Below, piece by piece: positions 16,127 to 25,828 of a stretch of 64,000 bases of DNA (the stretch's first letter is position 1; every line of letters starts with the position of its first letter). The stretch is from the IMG/VR virus record IMGVR_UViG_3300009161_000002; one strand, written 5' to 3'. Both the position numbers and the translations under genes were made by a program. The notes beneath the pieces were generated by a model. It was not told where the DNA came from. It saw only the letters and a program-made list of their open reading frames with translations, and did not search any database. The stretch comes from an uncultured virus (IMG/VR IMGVR_UViG_3300009161_000002) (Duplodnaviria; Heunggongvirae; Uroviricota; Caudoviricetes).

Positions 16127-16200
16127 GATTCCATAGCTCAACTGGATAGAGCACTACCCTTCTAAGGTATAGGTTATAGGTTCGACTCCTATTGGAATCA
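16127..16200 (+). tRNA. trnR: tRNA-Arg (anticodon TCT), CCA not encoded
   Basis: Acceptor GATTCCA/TGGAATC, D-arm GCTC/GAGC, anticodon loop CT-TCT-AA, T-arm ATAGG-TTCGACT-CCTAT. Confidence 0.95.
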
Positions 16201-16223
16201 CTATTTATTGTTAAACTTAAAAT

Positions 16224-16550
16224 ATGATTATGAAATTATTTAAAAAGTTATTTAAAAAGAAAACGAATGGTCAAAGTAACCATAAACTATTAATTATTAA
16301 TGATAATGCTAATCAAATAGATGAAGTATTTGGTATTAGTGAGCAACGATCAGATGAGTTATTAGACATATGCATTCATGCTTATCATAAAAACCATCAA
16401 CTACATGAATGTCTTGTAGAAGTTGTTGATCAATGTAAACATACAAATGAAGTTGTATTTGCCACTATGATTATGCATAGAGTTATTGATAAATATAATT
16501 CTAAGCATGTATTGTCTGGTTTTCTTAAAAACATGTTTGGTAATGGATAA
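16224..16550 (+). CDS. Hypothetical protein
   Basis: 108-aa ORF. Confidence 0.7.
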   Translation: MIMKLFKKLFKKKTNGQSNHKLLIINDNANQIDEVFGISEQRSDELLDICIHAYHKNHQLHECLVEVVDQCKHTNEVVFATMIMHRVIDKYNSKHVLSGFLKNMFGNG

Positions 16551-16758
16551 GAATATTATTTATTCTGTATTAGGATTTGATCTTGATGCAGAGATTACAG
16601 ATAATGAAGGAAATGTTATAGCTTCAGGAACTACTTGTAATTACATACCTAAAGAAACACCTCATTATTCTTGTAATGTAGATTATTATAATAAATGGAC
16701 AAACTTTAATACAGATCTTTTATCTAAAATAAGAGATTATAAAAGACGAAACACATGA
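16543..16758 (+). CDS. Hypothetical protein
   Basis: Probable start MDKNII, overlapping both neighbours. Confidence 0.6.
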   Translation: MDKNIIYSVLGFDLDAEITDNEGNVIASGTTCNYIPKETPHYSCNVDYYNKWTNFNTDLLSKIRDYKRRNT

Positions 16759-17174
16759 GAATATCTGTAACATATGATGAGACTGATGTAGCAAAAGCAT
16801 TAGAGTCTATCATTAAGCATCCTAATAATACAGAATTTGTAAAACTACTAACTCCAATGTTATGTCAAAGTAGTAATGCAAGTACTTGGTTTTTTAAACT
16901 TATGCTTGGTAATAAACTAACTAATGTTATTCCAACAGGTACTCTTTGTAAAATTAAAGTAGAACATTTAGGTTATGGTAGTAATAAAGATGCTATTAAG
17001 GACAAATATGGTGATGAAAATGGAAATGTTGTTGTGACTGTAGGAGAATTTAAGGGTTATCATGATTATACTAATTATCAAGTTTTTTATACTAATGTAG
17101 ATGATCAAGGTAATGATAAAAAAGACTACACACATGTGCAAGCTGAACAGTTAGAAATAATTGAAGAGCTTTAA
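16755..17174 (+). CDS. Hypothetical protein
   Basis: 139 aa; ATGA overlap. Confidence 0.75.
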   Translation: MRISVTYDETDVAKALESIIKHPNNTEFVKLLTPMLCQSSNASTWFFKLMLGNKLTNVIPTGTLCKIKVEHLGYGSNKDAIKDKYGDENGNVVVTVGEFKGYHDYTNYQVFYTNVDDQGNDKKDYTHVQAEQLEIIEEL

Positions 17175-17216
17175 AGATAGTATATCTGTAATATACTTTT
17201 CCAAAATAAATGATAT

Positions 17217-17242
17217 AGGGGGGAGATTTATCTCTCCCTTTT
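17217..17242 (+). terminator. Intrinsic terminator
   Basis: GGGGGAGA/TCTCTCCC plus TTTT. Confidence 0.6.
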
Positions 17243-17338
17243 CATTGTTAGCTATATATTACTGATTTTTATTACTGTATGTATTATGCATTCATTTAAA
17301 TGTTTTAAATTTATCAGCATATTTATATATGCATTTAA

Positions 17339-17608
17339 ATGTTATATCAGTTACCAAACGGAAAAGTAATACATCTATCTATTGAGGAATATCTTGATCT
17401 AACTGATGAAGATATACAGTATATGATGTCACTTGACTTTGGTGAACACATTCATAATCCTTTTACAGGATCAGCTGTTGATAAAAATGTCAAAGAAAAA
17501 TTTTATGACTTCGAATTCCTTGCAGAAGATGACGAAGAAATAAATAATATAATATCAGATGATATTCCATTTGATGATATTATAGATTTATCAGATAACA
17601 CAGAGTAA
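17339..17608 (+). CDS. Acidic hypothetical protein
   Basis: 89 aa, very D/E-rich. Confidence 0.75.
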   Translation: MLYQLPNGKVIHLSIEEYLDLTDEDIQYMMSLDFGEHIHNPFTGSAVDKNVKEKFYDFEFLAEDDEEINNIISDDIPFDDIIDLSDNTE

Positions 17609-17723
17609 ATATATTATATTACTTTTCGTAGTATAAACCACTTATTACAGTTTGAGTAGCTGTATTATAGTATCCACTCAAAAAAATCTAATTATTTATT
17701 TATTAATTTTTAAAACTGAGATT

Positions 17724-18203
17724 ATGAACTCAAAAGTAATTGTATTAGCAGAAGAAACAACAGGAGCTGTAGTAAATGTTTCTCAAAACAATTCTGATTT
17801 CGGGTACATCCGTGTACAACAAGTAAGAACAATGATTGATGATAATGGTTTCTTACGTAGAAAACCAGTATCAGCATTAATCCCTGGATCTGTTTCTGAA
17901 TTACAAGAAACTGGATTCTTTGCAGGACAACAATTAGATGGTAAAATTGTGGTTGAAGAATCATTAGAACCATTTAATGACAAAACACCAGAACGTGATC
18001 TTAAGATTGCAGGTGAAACAGGTGTAGTATGTACATTAGGAGGATTACCTATCTTTCGTAGAACTAAATTTAGTTTTGATTCTAATGGAGCAGATACATT
18101 AATTAAACATGATAATATACAGCAATTACGTGCAGCTTACTCAGCACAAAATGCTAAGTCTGCAGCTTTGGAACCAAATGATGATTTTTCAATTGGTGGC
18201 TAA
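17724..18203 (+). CDS. Hypothetical beta-rich protein (possible OB-fold ssDNA-binding)
   Basis: Start MNSKVIVL; beta-rich with an acidic/aromatic tail; function is a guess. Confidence 0.55.
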   Translation: MNSKVIVLAEETTGAVVNVSQNNSDFGYIRVQQVRTMIDDNGFLRRKPVSALIPGSVSELQETGFFAGQQLDGKIVVEESLEPFNDKTPERDLKIAGETGVVCTLGGLPIFRRTKFSFDSNGADTLIKHDNIQQLRAAYSAQNAKSAALEPNDDFSIGG

Positions 18204-18224
18204 AAAAAATAGTTAAAAAAGATT

Positions 18225-18254
18225 GAGGGGAGGCATATGAGTCTCCCCTTTTTT
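18225..18254 (+). terminator. Intrinsic terminator
   Basis: GAGGGGAGGC/GTCTCCCCTT plus TTTT. Confidence 0.75.
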
Positions 18255-18258
18255 ATTT

Positions 18259-18765
18259 ATGAATTCAAATTGTATGATTAAGATGGAAAAGTTAAAACAA
18301 GATGTAAGTCATTACCAATTGCATGCAGGTAAAACCTATATGCAGTATGAACAAGATAAATATTCTATTTATCAAAATTATTTGTATAAAAGAGCAATCT
18401 ATGGATTAGGGTCTCTTTCAGAACAAGAACTTGCTACAATATGTAGTAAGAAAAAACAAAGAATAAACAATGTGTACAAACGTGCACAAACTGTATTAAA
18501 TACATTGAAACAGAAACTTACTATTAAATATAGTAATGATATATTTCAATGTTTGTTTCCTAATTCTAAAATGACACAGGATATATTGAATTATTCAGAC
18601 ATTGATGAAAAGTATAAAAATACTTTAACTTTTAAAGATTTAAAGGTCTCAAAAGATGATATTATTCGTATATTTATAGCTGAAGGTATACTTCCTAAAA
18701 ACTTTTTAAGTTTAGAGAATGCACCTATTAGTTTACCAAGTCTAAAGAATGAAAGTAAAGCTTAA
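18259..18765 (+). CDS. Hypothetical protein
   Basis: 168-aa ORF. Confidence 0.75.
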   Translation: MNSNCMIKMEKLKQDVSHYQLHAGKTYMQYEQDKYSIYQNYLYKRAIYGLGSLSEQELATICSKKKQRINNVYKRAQTVLNTLKQKLTIKYSNDIFQCLFPNSKMTQDILNYSDIDEKYKNTLTFKDLKVSKDDIIRIFIAEGILPKNFLSLENAPISLPSLKNESKA

Positions 18766-19162
18766 AGAATGTGATGGATGTAATAAACCATCGGTTATTT
18801 GGAAGAACCATGAGGGGTTCAAGTATTGCAAGTATTGTTGGAGTTGCCGTAAGTCCATTGATACAGATAATATTATACAGAAACCAACTGATTATAAAAT
18901 CCCTCTGGTTTCTTCTAAAAAGAAAAAGAAAGATGTTGAGTATCTTAAGTTGAGAGAAAGATTTCTTACTCAAAATCCAATATGTCAGGTCTCTGTAGCT
19001 GGTTGTATGAATGGTAGTACTGATGTACACCACACATATGCTGGCTCTAACAGAGATGCTTTCTATTTGGTACAGTCTACATGGAAAGCAGCATGTAGGA
19101 ATTGTCATGATTGGATTCATGCACATCCTACAGATGCTAGAATATTAGGCTGGTTAAAATAA
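18749..19162 (+). CDS. HNH-family endonuclease with an N-terminal Zn finger
   Basis: CDGC...CKYC; PICQV...C...DVHH...ACRNCHDWIH. Confidence 0.8.
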   Translation: MKVKLKECDGCNKPSVIWKNHEGFKYCKYCWSCRKSIDTDNIIQKPTDYKIPLVSSKKKKKDVEYLKLRERFLTQNPICQVSVAGCMNGSTDVHHTYAGSNRDAFYLVQSTWKAACRNCHDWIHAHPTDARILGWLK

Positions 19163-19183
19163 TTTATTTATGATTTAAAACTT

Positions 19184-19930
19184 ATGATTATGAAAATGAT
19201 TGGAAAAGAACTTAAAATTAAATACACAACTAGTTACTCAACGTTTGCGGTATTACCTATGAACAGAGGTATTGACAGTAAACATGTACAAAAAATGATT
19301 GCTAGTCTTAGAATACAAGGCTGTCTTAGAGTAGTAATATGTTGTAAAACAAACATTATTGAAGGAGAATGGAAAACATATATTATTGATGGTCAACATA
19401 TGGCTACTGCATTAGAGAGAGAAGGTCAACCGATTCCATATATTGAAATTGGTATTGATTCTGAAGAAGATTTAATTAAAAAGATGGCTTATCTTAATAA
19501 CTCTTCTAAATCATGGGATATGATGAACTTTATCAATGCTTGGAAAATGATTCGTCCAGACTATATGAAGTTATTCAGATGGAAGAACATGTATGATATT
19601 GAAGTAACTATGTTAGCTATCATTGGTGTAAACAATGGTGCTATTAGACATAGTACAGGTGCTCTTAAGACTGGTAACTTTAAAATTACCAATCCAAAAG
19701 CAGAAGATATGTGCAAAGCTTTCAATGATATCTTTTTAAAGATTGGTAAAAGTGATAGAGCTGTTAAGTTTCAGTTCTTAAATGCATTTTTACAAGCATA
19801 TACTCCCAAGTATGATCATACTAAAACTATGGTTGCAATTGAAAGACATTTAAAAACTGTTAAGTTAATGGCTATTGGTGAGGAGACTGGTGCATTTATT
19901 AGAAAACAAATATTTAAACTTCCAAAATAA
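19184..19930 (+). CDS. ParB/Srx-like N-terminal domain protein
   Basis: PMNRGID...HVQKM...YIIDGQHMATAL. Confidence 0.65.
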   Translation: MIMKMIGKELKIKYTTSYSTFAVLPMNRGIDSKHVQKMIASLRIQGCLRVVICCKTNIIEGEWKTYIIDGQHMATALEREGQPIPYIEIGIDSEEDLIKKMAYLNNSSKSWDMMNFINAWKMIRPDYMKLFRWKNMYDIEVTMLAIIGVNNGAIRHSTGALKTGNFKITNPKAEDMCKAFNDIFLKIGKSDRAVKFQFLNAFLQAYTPKYDHTKTMVAIERHLKTVKLMAIGEETGAFIRKQIFKLPK

Positions 19931-21024
19931 TGGATAGACAAGAAATACAATCTGAAGCATTAGCTGCTACAGATAGTAAACAAAGAAGTTCAATTTGTTT
20001 AGGCACAGGGGTCGGTAAGACCCTTGTTGGCCTAAACTATATTGAAAGAAATAGTACACCACTAATGAAAATATTAGTTGTTGCTCCTAAAAAAGCAATA
20101 TTTCAGTCATGGAAAGATGATGCAGAGAAATTTAATATGCAACACTTATTAGATAGAATAGTATTTAGTACTTACTTAAGTCTAAATAAGAAAGATCCAA
20201 AAGACTTTGATATTGTATGTTTAGATGAATGTCATTCATTACTTGATAGTCACCGGGGGTTCTTACAATTATATAAAGGTAAAGTATTAGGTTTAAGTGG
20301 TACTCCACCTAGATATAGAGACTCAGAAAAAGGTAGATTAGTACAAGAGTTCTGTCCTGTAGTTTATACTTTTAAAGCAGATCAAGCAATAGAAAATGGT
20401 ATCTTAAATGATTATCAAATTGTGGTACATCAGATTAATTTATCTACAGAAAAAGATTATTTGGTTAAAATGTCAAATAAGCAATTTATGACTGATGAAG
20501 ATTCTAACTATGTGTATTGGTCAAGAAGAATTGATGTAGGGTCTGGTAATATGCACATGCTCAGAGTAATGAGAATGAAGGCTATGATGGAGTATCCAAG
20601 CAAAGAGAAGTATGCTAAAAAGTTAATGGATAGCATTGATAACAAATGTATTTTGTTTGCTAATACTCAAGCTCAAGCTGATAAATTGTGTGTACACAGT
20701 TATCATAGTAATAATAAAGACTCTGAAGAAAATCTTCAGATGTTTAAGGATGGTGAGATTACAAAGTTATCTACTGTATTGCAGTTAAATGAAGGTGTAA
20801 ACATTCCTAATCTTAAACAAGGTATAATCATGCATGCTTATGGAAATGAAAGAAAAGCAAGTCAAAGAATTGGAAGGTTACTCCGTCTTAATCCTGATGA
20901 TAAAGCTATTGTACATATACTTTGTTATGTAGGCACTGTAGATGAAAAATGGGTTACTGATGCTTTAGAAGGATTTGATCAAAGTAAAGTAGTATGGAAA
21001 GATTTTGGAGTTAATCTAGATTAA
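19930..21024 (+). CDS. Superfamily 2 (DExH) helicase
   Basis: GTGVGKT, LDECH, LSGTP, EGVNIP, QRIGRLLR. Confidence 0.92.
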   Translation: MDRQEIQSEALAATDSKQRSSICLGTGVGKTLVGLNYIERNSTPLMKILVVAPKKAIFQSWKDDAEKFNMQHLLDRIVFSTYLSLNKKDPKDFDIVCLDECHSLLDSHRGFLQLYKGKVLGLSGTPPRYRDSEKGRLVQEFCPVVYTFKADQAIENGILNDYQIVVHQINLSTEKDYLVKMSNKQFMTDEDSNYVYWSRRIDVGSGNMHMLRVMRMKAMMEYPSKEKYAKKLMDSIDNKCILFANTQAQADKLCVHSYHSNNKDSEENLQMFKDGEITKLSTVLQLNEGVNIPNLKQGIIMHAYGNERKASQRIGRLLRLNPDDKAIVHILCYVGTVDEKWVTDALEGFDQSKVVWKDFGVNLD

Positions 21025-21052
21025 TCCTAAAATTTCTGTATATTAGAGTATT

Positions 21053-21307
21053 ATGGAAAACACAAAAACACATAAATTAGTTTTGTATAATGATTCTGTC
21101 AATAACTATGGTTATATCATGGCATGCTTAATTAGATTCTGTAAACATGATCCAATACAAGCTGAACAATGTGCTATAATTGCTAACAATGTTGGTCAAT
21201 GTTCTGTAAAATCTGGTGATTTTTTAGAAATGTTAGAAATAAAATCTACTTTTGAAGAATTACAGATTAAATCAGAAATAGAAGTTTATGAAAGTCATAT
21301 GCATTGA
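21053..21307 (+). CDS. clpS: ClpS-like protease adaptor
   Basis: KLVLYNDSVN...IMACLIRFCKHDPIQAEQCAII...GQCSVKSG, the Bacteroidota-type ClpS pattern. Confidence 0.8.
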   Translation: MENTKTHKLVLYNDSVNNYGYIMACLIRFCKHDPIQAEQCAIIANNVGQCSVKSGDFLEMLEIKSTFEELQIKSEIEVYESHMH

Positions 21308-21560
21308 TGCAACTAAAAAACCAAATAGAATATCTCCAGATGAATGGATAAAAGAAGGTGTAGTTTACACTGTTATAAATGCCATGAAAATGGGTCTACA
21401 AGCTGGAAAAATTGGTTTAGAACTCAAAGAAGTTAAATTAACTGAAAGATCATTTCCTTATGAATACTATGATGCAAGCAGATTTCTTCCTATAGAAGGA
21501 TTAATGGCTGATGCAAAAGTAAAAGAGGAAGAGATGGAATTAGAATTAGATATTATTTAA
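21288..21560 (+). CDS. Hypothetical protein
   Basis: MKVICID...YTV...YDASRF; 90 aa. Confidence 0.75.
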   Translation: MKVICIDATKKPNRISPDEWIKEGVVYTVINAMKMGLQAGKIGLELKEVKLTERSFPYEYYDASRFLPIEGLMADAKVKEEEMELELDII

Positions 21561-21561
21561 T

Positions 21562-21996
21562 ATGGAAGATTACACTAAAGAAGATGTTATCAATCAACTA
21601 CTTCTTTTAGATCGTGATTCTCGTAAAAGACATCTTGTTGATCAAAGAAGTTATCTTATAGCAATATTAGCATATAAGTTTATGTTATCTGAACATAAAA
21701 TTGCTAGTATTATTAACTACAAGAGAGATAAAATAAATTATAATAAAAAACTAGCTCTTCAGTATCATCGTGATAAGTCTTATATGCAAAACATATATGT
21801 TTATTCAGTTATGTTTCCTTTTGAGCTTGATGTCATTGATGTAATGAGAATAAACAGATCACAAAGAATTGAGTTAGATTTAGATCGTAAGTTTTATTTA
21901 AAACTTAGAGCAGCTGGAGCTATACTAGGTCATAAAGATGTAAGAGTTACTATCAAATTGTTTCTTGAAAAAAGTTTAAAATTATGGGACGAATGA
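21562..21996 (+). CDS. Putative HTH DNA-binding protein
   Basis: SRKRHLVDQR...LSEHKIASIINYKRDKI resembles a DnaA C-terminal-like HTH. Confidence 0.5.
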   Translation: MEDYTKEDVINQLLLLDRDSRKRHLVDQRSYLIAILAYKFMLSEHKIASIINYKRDKINYNKKLALQYHRDKSYMQNIYVYSVMFPFELDVIDVMRINRSQRIELDLDRKFYLKLRAAGAILGHKDVRVTIKLFLEKSLKLWDE

Positions 21997-22244
21997 AAGA
22001 AGTCTGTATTCAAATTATGAATGCAAATGATGGCATACCAGAAGGTATGACTATAGAAGATGTAGTTAGAATGAAAGAATTAGAAATTTACAATTGGCGT
22101 GAGTATGAAAGAGAAAAGGACAAACAGAGACTTAAATTCATTGAATCAGAAAATTCAAGAGAGACTGGCAAAGTTAAAAAAGTCTTCAAAAAATTCTCCT
22201 CGGTCAATGGAAAAACAAGAAAAGAAAAAAGGAACAAACAATGA
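21984..22244 (+). CDS. Hypothetical protein
   Basis: 86 aa; overlaps neighbours. Confidence 0.65.
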   Translation: MGRMKEVCIQIMNANDGIPEGMTIEDVVRMKELEIYNWREYEREKDKQRLKFIESENSRETGKVKKVFKKFSSVNGKTRKEKRNKQ

Positions 22245-22453
22245 AGAAGGAGATTAACTTTCTTATGTTCTATCTATTTACTGTACTTGTTGCAACAATT
22301 ATTGCTATTACGGTAGAGAATGAAAGGAGCAGATCCTCTTCTACTGCAGTTGTTAAAGCTGTTTTTAATAAGCTTGATACTGATTGGACTAATATTCATA
22401 ATCCAAGAAAGAAAGCATATTTAGAACATCTGTATTACACAAAGAAAAAATAA
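22241..22453 (+). CDS. Small membrane-anchored protein
   Basis: N-terminal TM segment. Confidence 0.65.
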   Translation: MKKEINFLMFYLFTVLVATIIAITVENERSRSSSTAVVKAVFNKLDTDWTNIHNPRKKAYLEHLYYTKKK

Positions 22454-22482
22454 ATGAGTATTAATTAAATAAATAAAAAAAT

Positions 22483-23031
22483 ATGTTTACCATACCAAAT
22501 CCAACAAAAACAATTACAATTGACTTTTCAATTGAACAAGTAATGAAAAGTATACCAAGAGTTCAAGTTGCTTCAGATAATAAATATAAATTAACAGAAG
22601 TTAATCCAATATTTAATCAAGTGATATTAGAATGTTTAGAATTCTTATCTTTAGGTGTATTTATTGATTTTAACTTAGTAAAGAAATCAGATACTTCCAC
22701 AATAATTACAATGGAAATAAGAAGAAAAATAGGTTCTTTTGATACAGATGTAGAAGTACAAAATGCAAATTATCATTTTAAAGATTTAATAGAGCATTTA
22801 TCTCAAGTTATAGTATTATCTGATGTTGATTTTAATAAAAAATACAGTGCCATTATAGAGAATATTAGTAAAGCTAAAGAAGAAGATGATAAACCTTGGT
22901 ATGCAAAAAAGCATGTTGCTACAGCATATATAATTTTAGGTGTTGTTACACTACCATTTTTAATAGGTTTTCTTATTTTACCTCTTGGTATTTATGCAAG
23001 AAACAAAAACAAACAATATTTAAATAGTTAA
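22483..23031 (+). CDS. Membrane protein with a C-terminal TM hairpin
   Basis: 182 aa; hydrophobic C-terminus. Confidence 0.75.
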   Translation: MFTIPNPTKTITIDFSIEQVMKSIPRVQVASDNKYKLTEVNPIFNQVILECLEFLSLGVFIDFNLVKKSDTSTIITMEIRRKIGSFDTDVEVQNANYHFKDLIEHLSQVIVLSDVDFNKKYSAIIENISKAKEEDDKPWYAKKHVATAYIILGVVTLPFLIGFLILPLGIYARNKNKQYLNS

Positions 23032-23032
23032 A

Positions 23033-23227
23033 GTGAAACATTTCACAAAATATCTATTGGTATGGATAAGCCAAAACTTGTCCATACCTTTTTGGATGGT
23101 AGGTCATGTACATCTTTCAATGAATGTATATGCTGACATCCACGAGATACTTATGTCCTTTGGTATGAATATCATTGTGGCAGTGGGATTTATTATTGAT
23201 TACATAGATACAAGAAAAAATGAATAA
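23033..23227 (+). CDS. Small membrane protein
   Basis: 64 aa, GTG start, hydrophobic. Confidence 0.65.
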   Translation: MKHFTKYLLVWISQNLSIPFWMVGHVHLSMNVYADIHEILMSFGMNIIVAVGFIIDYIDTRKNE

Positions 23228-23627
23228 GTATTTTAATTTTAGAGACAAAAAACTAAAAACCTTAATTAATGATATATGTCATGAACATTGGGATGTTTCT
23301 AAATCAGAAGACAATAATATGGGTTATTTATGGTATATGTATGCTGCAGGTCATAAGAAAGGAGATTTTAAACCTTTTATTTTCCTATCAGAGTTAAACT
23401 TACTTGTTAAAACAAATTATGTTACTGAAGAAGAAAAACAAAACATGCTTGGCATGTTATTAAGTGAGGATGATGATAATGCTCATCTTACTGGATATTC
23501 TATACTTACACTTAGAAAGAAAAGAATAGATGATATGGGTCTTTGGACACTTGATAATAAGAAGTATGAAAAATTAAATTATACTTCTGATATTATAAAC
23601 CCTGAATTTTTTACTAACCAATTATAA
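23220..23627 (+). CDS. Hypothetical protein
   Basis: 135 aa; contains MLLSEDDDNAHL. Confidence 0.75.
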   Translation: MNKYFNFRDKKLKTLINDICHEHWDVSKSEDNNMGYLWYMYAAGHKKGDFKPFIFLSELNLLVKTNYVTEEEKQNMLGMLLSEDDDNAHLTGYSILTLRKKRIDDMGLWTLDNKKYEKLNYTSDIINPEFFTNQL

Positions 23628-23642
23628 TTAAATAAAAATGAT

Positions 23643-24584
23643 ATGGAAAATAAATCCTACTTAAATGCAGACTTAATAGGTTCTGATGAACAATTTGAAA
23701 AATCTATAACTAATGACTTTATAGGCAATGACTTTGAAGAACAATTAGAATGGTCTATGCTAATGATACAGAGTAAATTTAAGCAAACAAGGTTAAGTAA
23801 TGATGCTAATATAACAGCAAATACTTTTGATAAAGCTTATTTAATGTCTGCATCACTAAATGATGATGTAAAATATCTTAAACCTTTTGGTGAGTTACAA
23901 GCTACACCAGAAATATTTCCAAATCTAAACATAAAGTTTATGATTGTATCAGATACTATTAGCCTTCAAAAACATAAAGAGTTATCAATAATAGAAAAAA
24001 GAAATTTGTCTATAAAAAGTAAGTATGCTTATGAGAAATCAATTGCTTTTTATAATAAAGATACAGAGTCTTTTTATACATCAAAAGAAGGTTATGAAGT
24101 AAATCCTACTTTTTTTAATGGTATTAATAATTTAAATGATTTACCTAAACCAATATCTTTAAACCCAAATTACAGCACCAATAAAAACATTTTGGAATTT
24201 GGTGTTGATTCTGCAACAGATATTATAAATGGAATAAGTATGTCTTATCAAGTAGCATTATCATTGTATTATGAATGGTCTATATACATCAAAGAATATG
24301 ATAATATTGGTTTAGTAATACCTATAAATCCTGAAATATTATCAGAAATTTATAAAACTTCTTTGCTAGAATTTGAAAATAAAAAAAGGATGATTCATTT
24401 TGTTAAAAATCATTACCGTAGAAAAAAGGCAGATGTAAATCAAGATTATTCTATTTTTATACAAAGATATTTAAGAGGAGAAAATAAATTTAATTATAAA
24501 GGATTTAAAGCTGAAATAATTCCTCCTAAATATGATTTAAATAGAGTAAAAACAAGAAAAACTTTTATTAATACATTAGAATAA
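23643..24584 (+). CDS. Hypothetical protein
   Basis: 313 aa; C-terminal HFVKNHYRR...FIQRYLRG. Confidence 0.8.
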   Translation: MENKSYLNADLIGSDEQFEKSITNDFIGNDFEEQLEWSMLMIQSKFKQTRLSNDANITANTFDKAYLMSASLNDDVKYLKPFGELQATPEIFPNLNIKFMIVSDTISLQKHKELSIIEKRNLSIKSKYAYEKSIAFYNKDTESFYTSKEGYEVNPTFFNGINNLNDLPKPISLNPNYSTNKNILEFGVDSATDIINGISMSYQVALSLYYEWSIYIKEYDNIGLVIPINPEILSEIYKTSLLEFENKKRMIHFVKNHYRRKKADVNQDYSIFIQRYLRGENKFNYKGFKAEIIPPKYDLNRVKTRKTFINTLE

Positions 24585-24585
24585 G

Positions 24586-24804
24586 ATGAAACAAACAGCA
24601 GTAGAATGGTTAGTTGAACAACTAATGCCAAAATTATTAACAGCAGAACAATATTATCATATTGAAAAAGCTAAAGAGATGGAGAAGGAGCAGATGAAGC
24701 GTGCTTGTATTAGAACTGAATATGAAGATAAAGCTTGGCAAAATTTAATGGAAAAGCAATTTGAACAATACTACAACGAAACCTTTAAACAACAAGAACA
24801 ATGA
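24586..24804 (+). CDS. Small phage protein (MKQTAVEWL type)
   Basis: MKQTAVEWL...AKEMEKEQ...EQYYNETF. Confidence 0.75.
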   Translation: MKQTAVEWLVEQLMPKLLTAEQYYHIEKAKEMEKEQMKRACIRTEYEDKAWQNLMEKQFEQYYNETFKQQEQ

Positions 24805-24887
24805 AAGAGTATCCACAATGGTTAAATAATCTTATTTACTTTCTTGCTGGAATTGGCTTTTATGGAATTTTAATTTATTTTTTATAA
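24801..24887 (+). CDS. Small single-TM peptide (28 aa)
   Basis: Manual translation MKEYPQWLNNLIYFLAGIGFYGILIYFL; ATGA overlap; fills the gap. Confidence 0.5.
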   Translation: MKEYPQWLNNLIYFLAGIGFYGILIYFL

Positions 24888-24889
24888 TC

Positions 24890-25153
24890 ATGACAGAAAA
24901 TCAACTAATTGAACATGGATTTAAAAAAGAAATGTGTTCTGATTTAGAGAGTAATAATGGTTATGATTATTACTACTATATTTTAGAACTTTGTGAAGGT
25001 ATTTGTCTTGTCTCTACAGACAGTGATACTATTAAAGATGACCACTGGAAAGTTGTCTCTTTTGATATACCTGCATTAAAAATTGAAACAGAAGAAAATT
25101 TAATTAGTTTTCTTCAAGTAATGGAAAAATTAATAAGCTGTGAAGATGTTTAG
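24890..25153 (+). CDS. Hypothetical protein
   Basis: 87 aa. Confidence 0.7.
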   Translation: MTENQLIEHGFKKEMCSDLESNNGYDYYYYILELCEGICLVSTDSDTIKDDHWKVVSFDIPALKIETEENLISFLQVMEKLISCEDV

Positions 25154-25499
25154 TGGTAAATTCATAAAAACTAATGGAAAGTTAGTTTATGCTCATCCTA
25201 AAGATAAACTGGCATATGAGATTTTCCTAGAGAAGATTCCAGAGGGTCAGAAAATAGAAATGTATTTAGATCTAGCTGATGCAGATCACACTAAAGCACA
25301 ACTTGCAAAAGTACATGCTTGTATTAGAGAAATGGCAAAAGAATCTGGATACACCTTTGATGAAATGAAATGTGTCATTAAAGATGCATCTGGTATTGCA
25401 GATAAGTCCTTTGCTGATTGTAGTAAAGATGAATTGATGTTAGCTATTGAAGCTTGTATACAAATAGGAAGAGAAAATTGGAATATTAACCTAACTTAG
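25140..25499 (+). CDS. NinB/Orf-like protein
   Basis: HTKAQLAKVHACIREMAKESGYTFDEMK...SFADCSKDEL resembles the NinB-type pattern. Confidence 0.5.
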   Translation: MKMFSGKFIKTNGKLVYAHPKDKLAYEIFLEKIPEGQKIEMYLDLADADHTKAQLAKVHACIREMAKESGYTFDEMKCVIKDASGIADKSFADCSKDELMLAIEACIQIGRENWNINLT

Positions 25500-25797
25500 G
25501 ATCAACGTAACCTTCTTCTCCTGGTTCAGGAATTTCCTTTTCTGTATATAATTTATTTTTAGTAGCTTGATTTTCTATTTCAGCAAGAAGTAGTGCTATA
25601 GTATAAAAAGCTCTTTGTTGCTCATCAAGAGAATTGTATTCTTTACTCATGATATCTTTAAAGTATGCATCTCCTTTTTCAGGAATGTCCATACCTTGCA
25701 AAATTACAAATGAAGCAGCTTTAGTCATTAAATAAAAATTTTTATTTACTTCTATTGTTATAATAGCATCATCTTTTAGTTCTTTTACCTTTATCAT
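25486..25797 (-). CDS. Hypothetical protein, lone antisense gene (starts MIKVKELK)
   Basis: Fills a gap between plus-strand genes; TATTTTTG box at 25813-25820. Confidence 0.75.
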   Translation of the reverse strand: MIKVKELKDDAIITIEVNKNFYLMTKAASFVILQGMDIPEKGDAYFKDIMSKEYNSLDEQQRAFYTIALLLAEIENQATKNKLYTEKEIPEPGEEGYVDPKLG

Positions 25798-25828
25798 AAT
25801 TATAATTTTTATCAAAAATAACAAAAAA

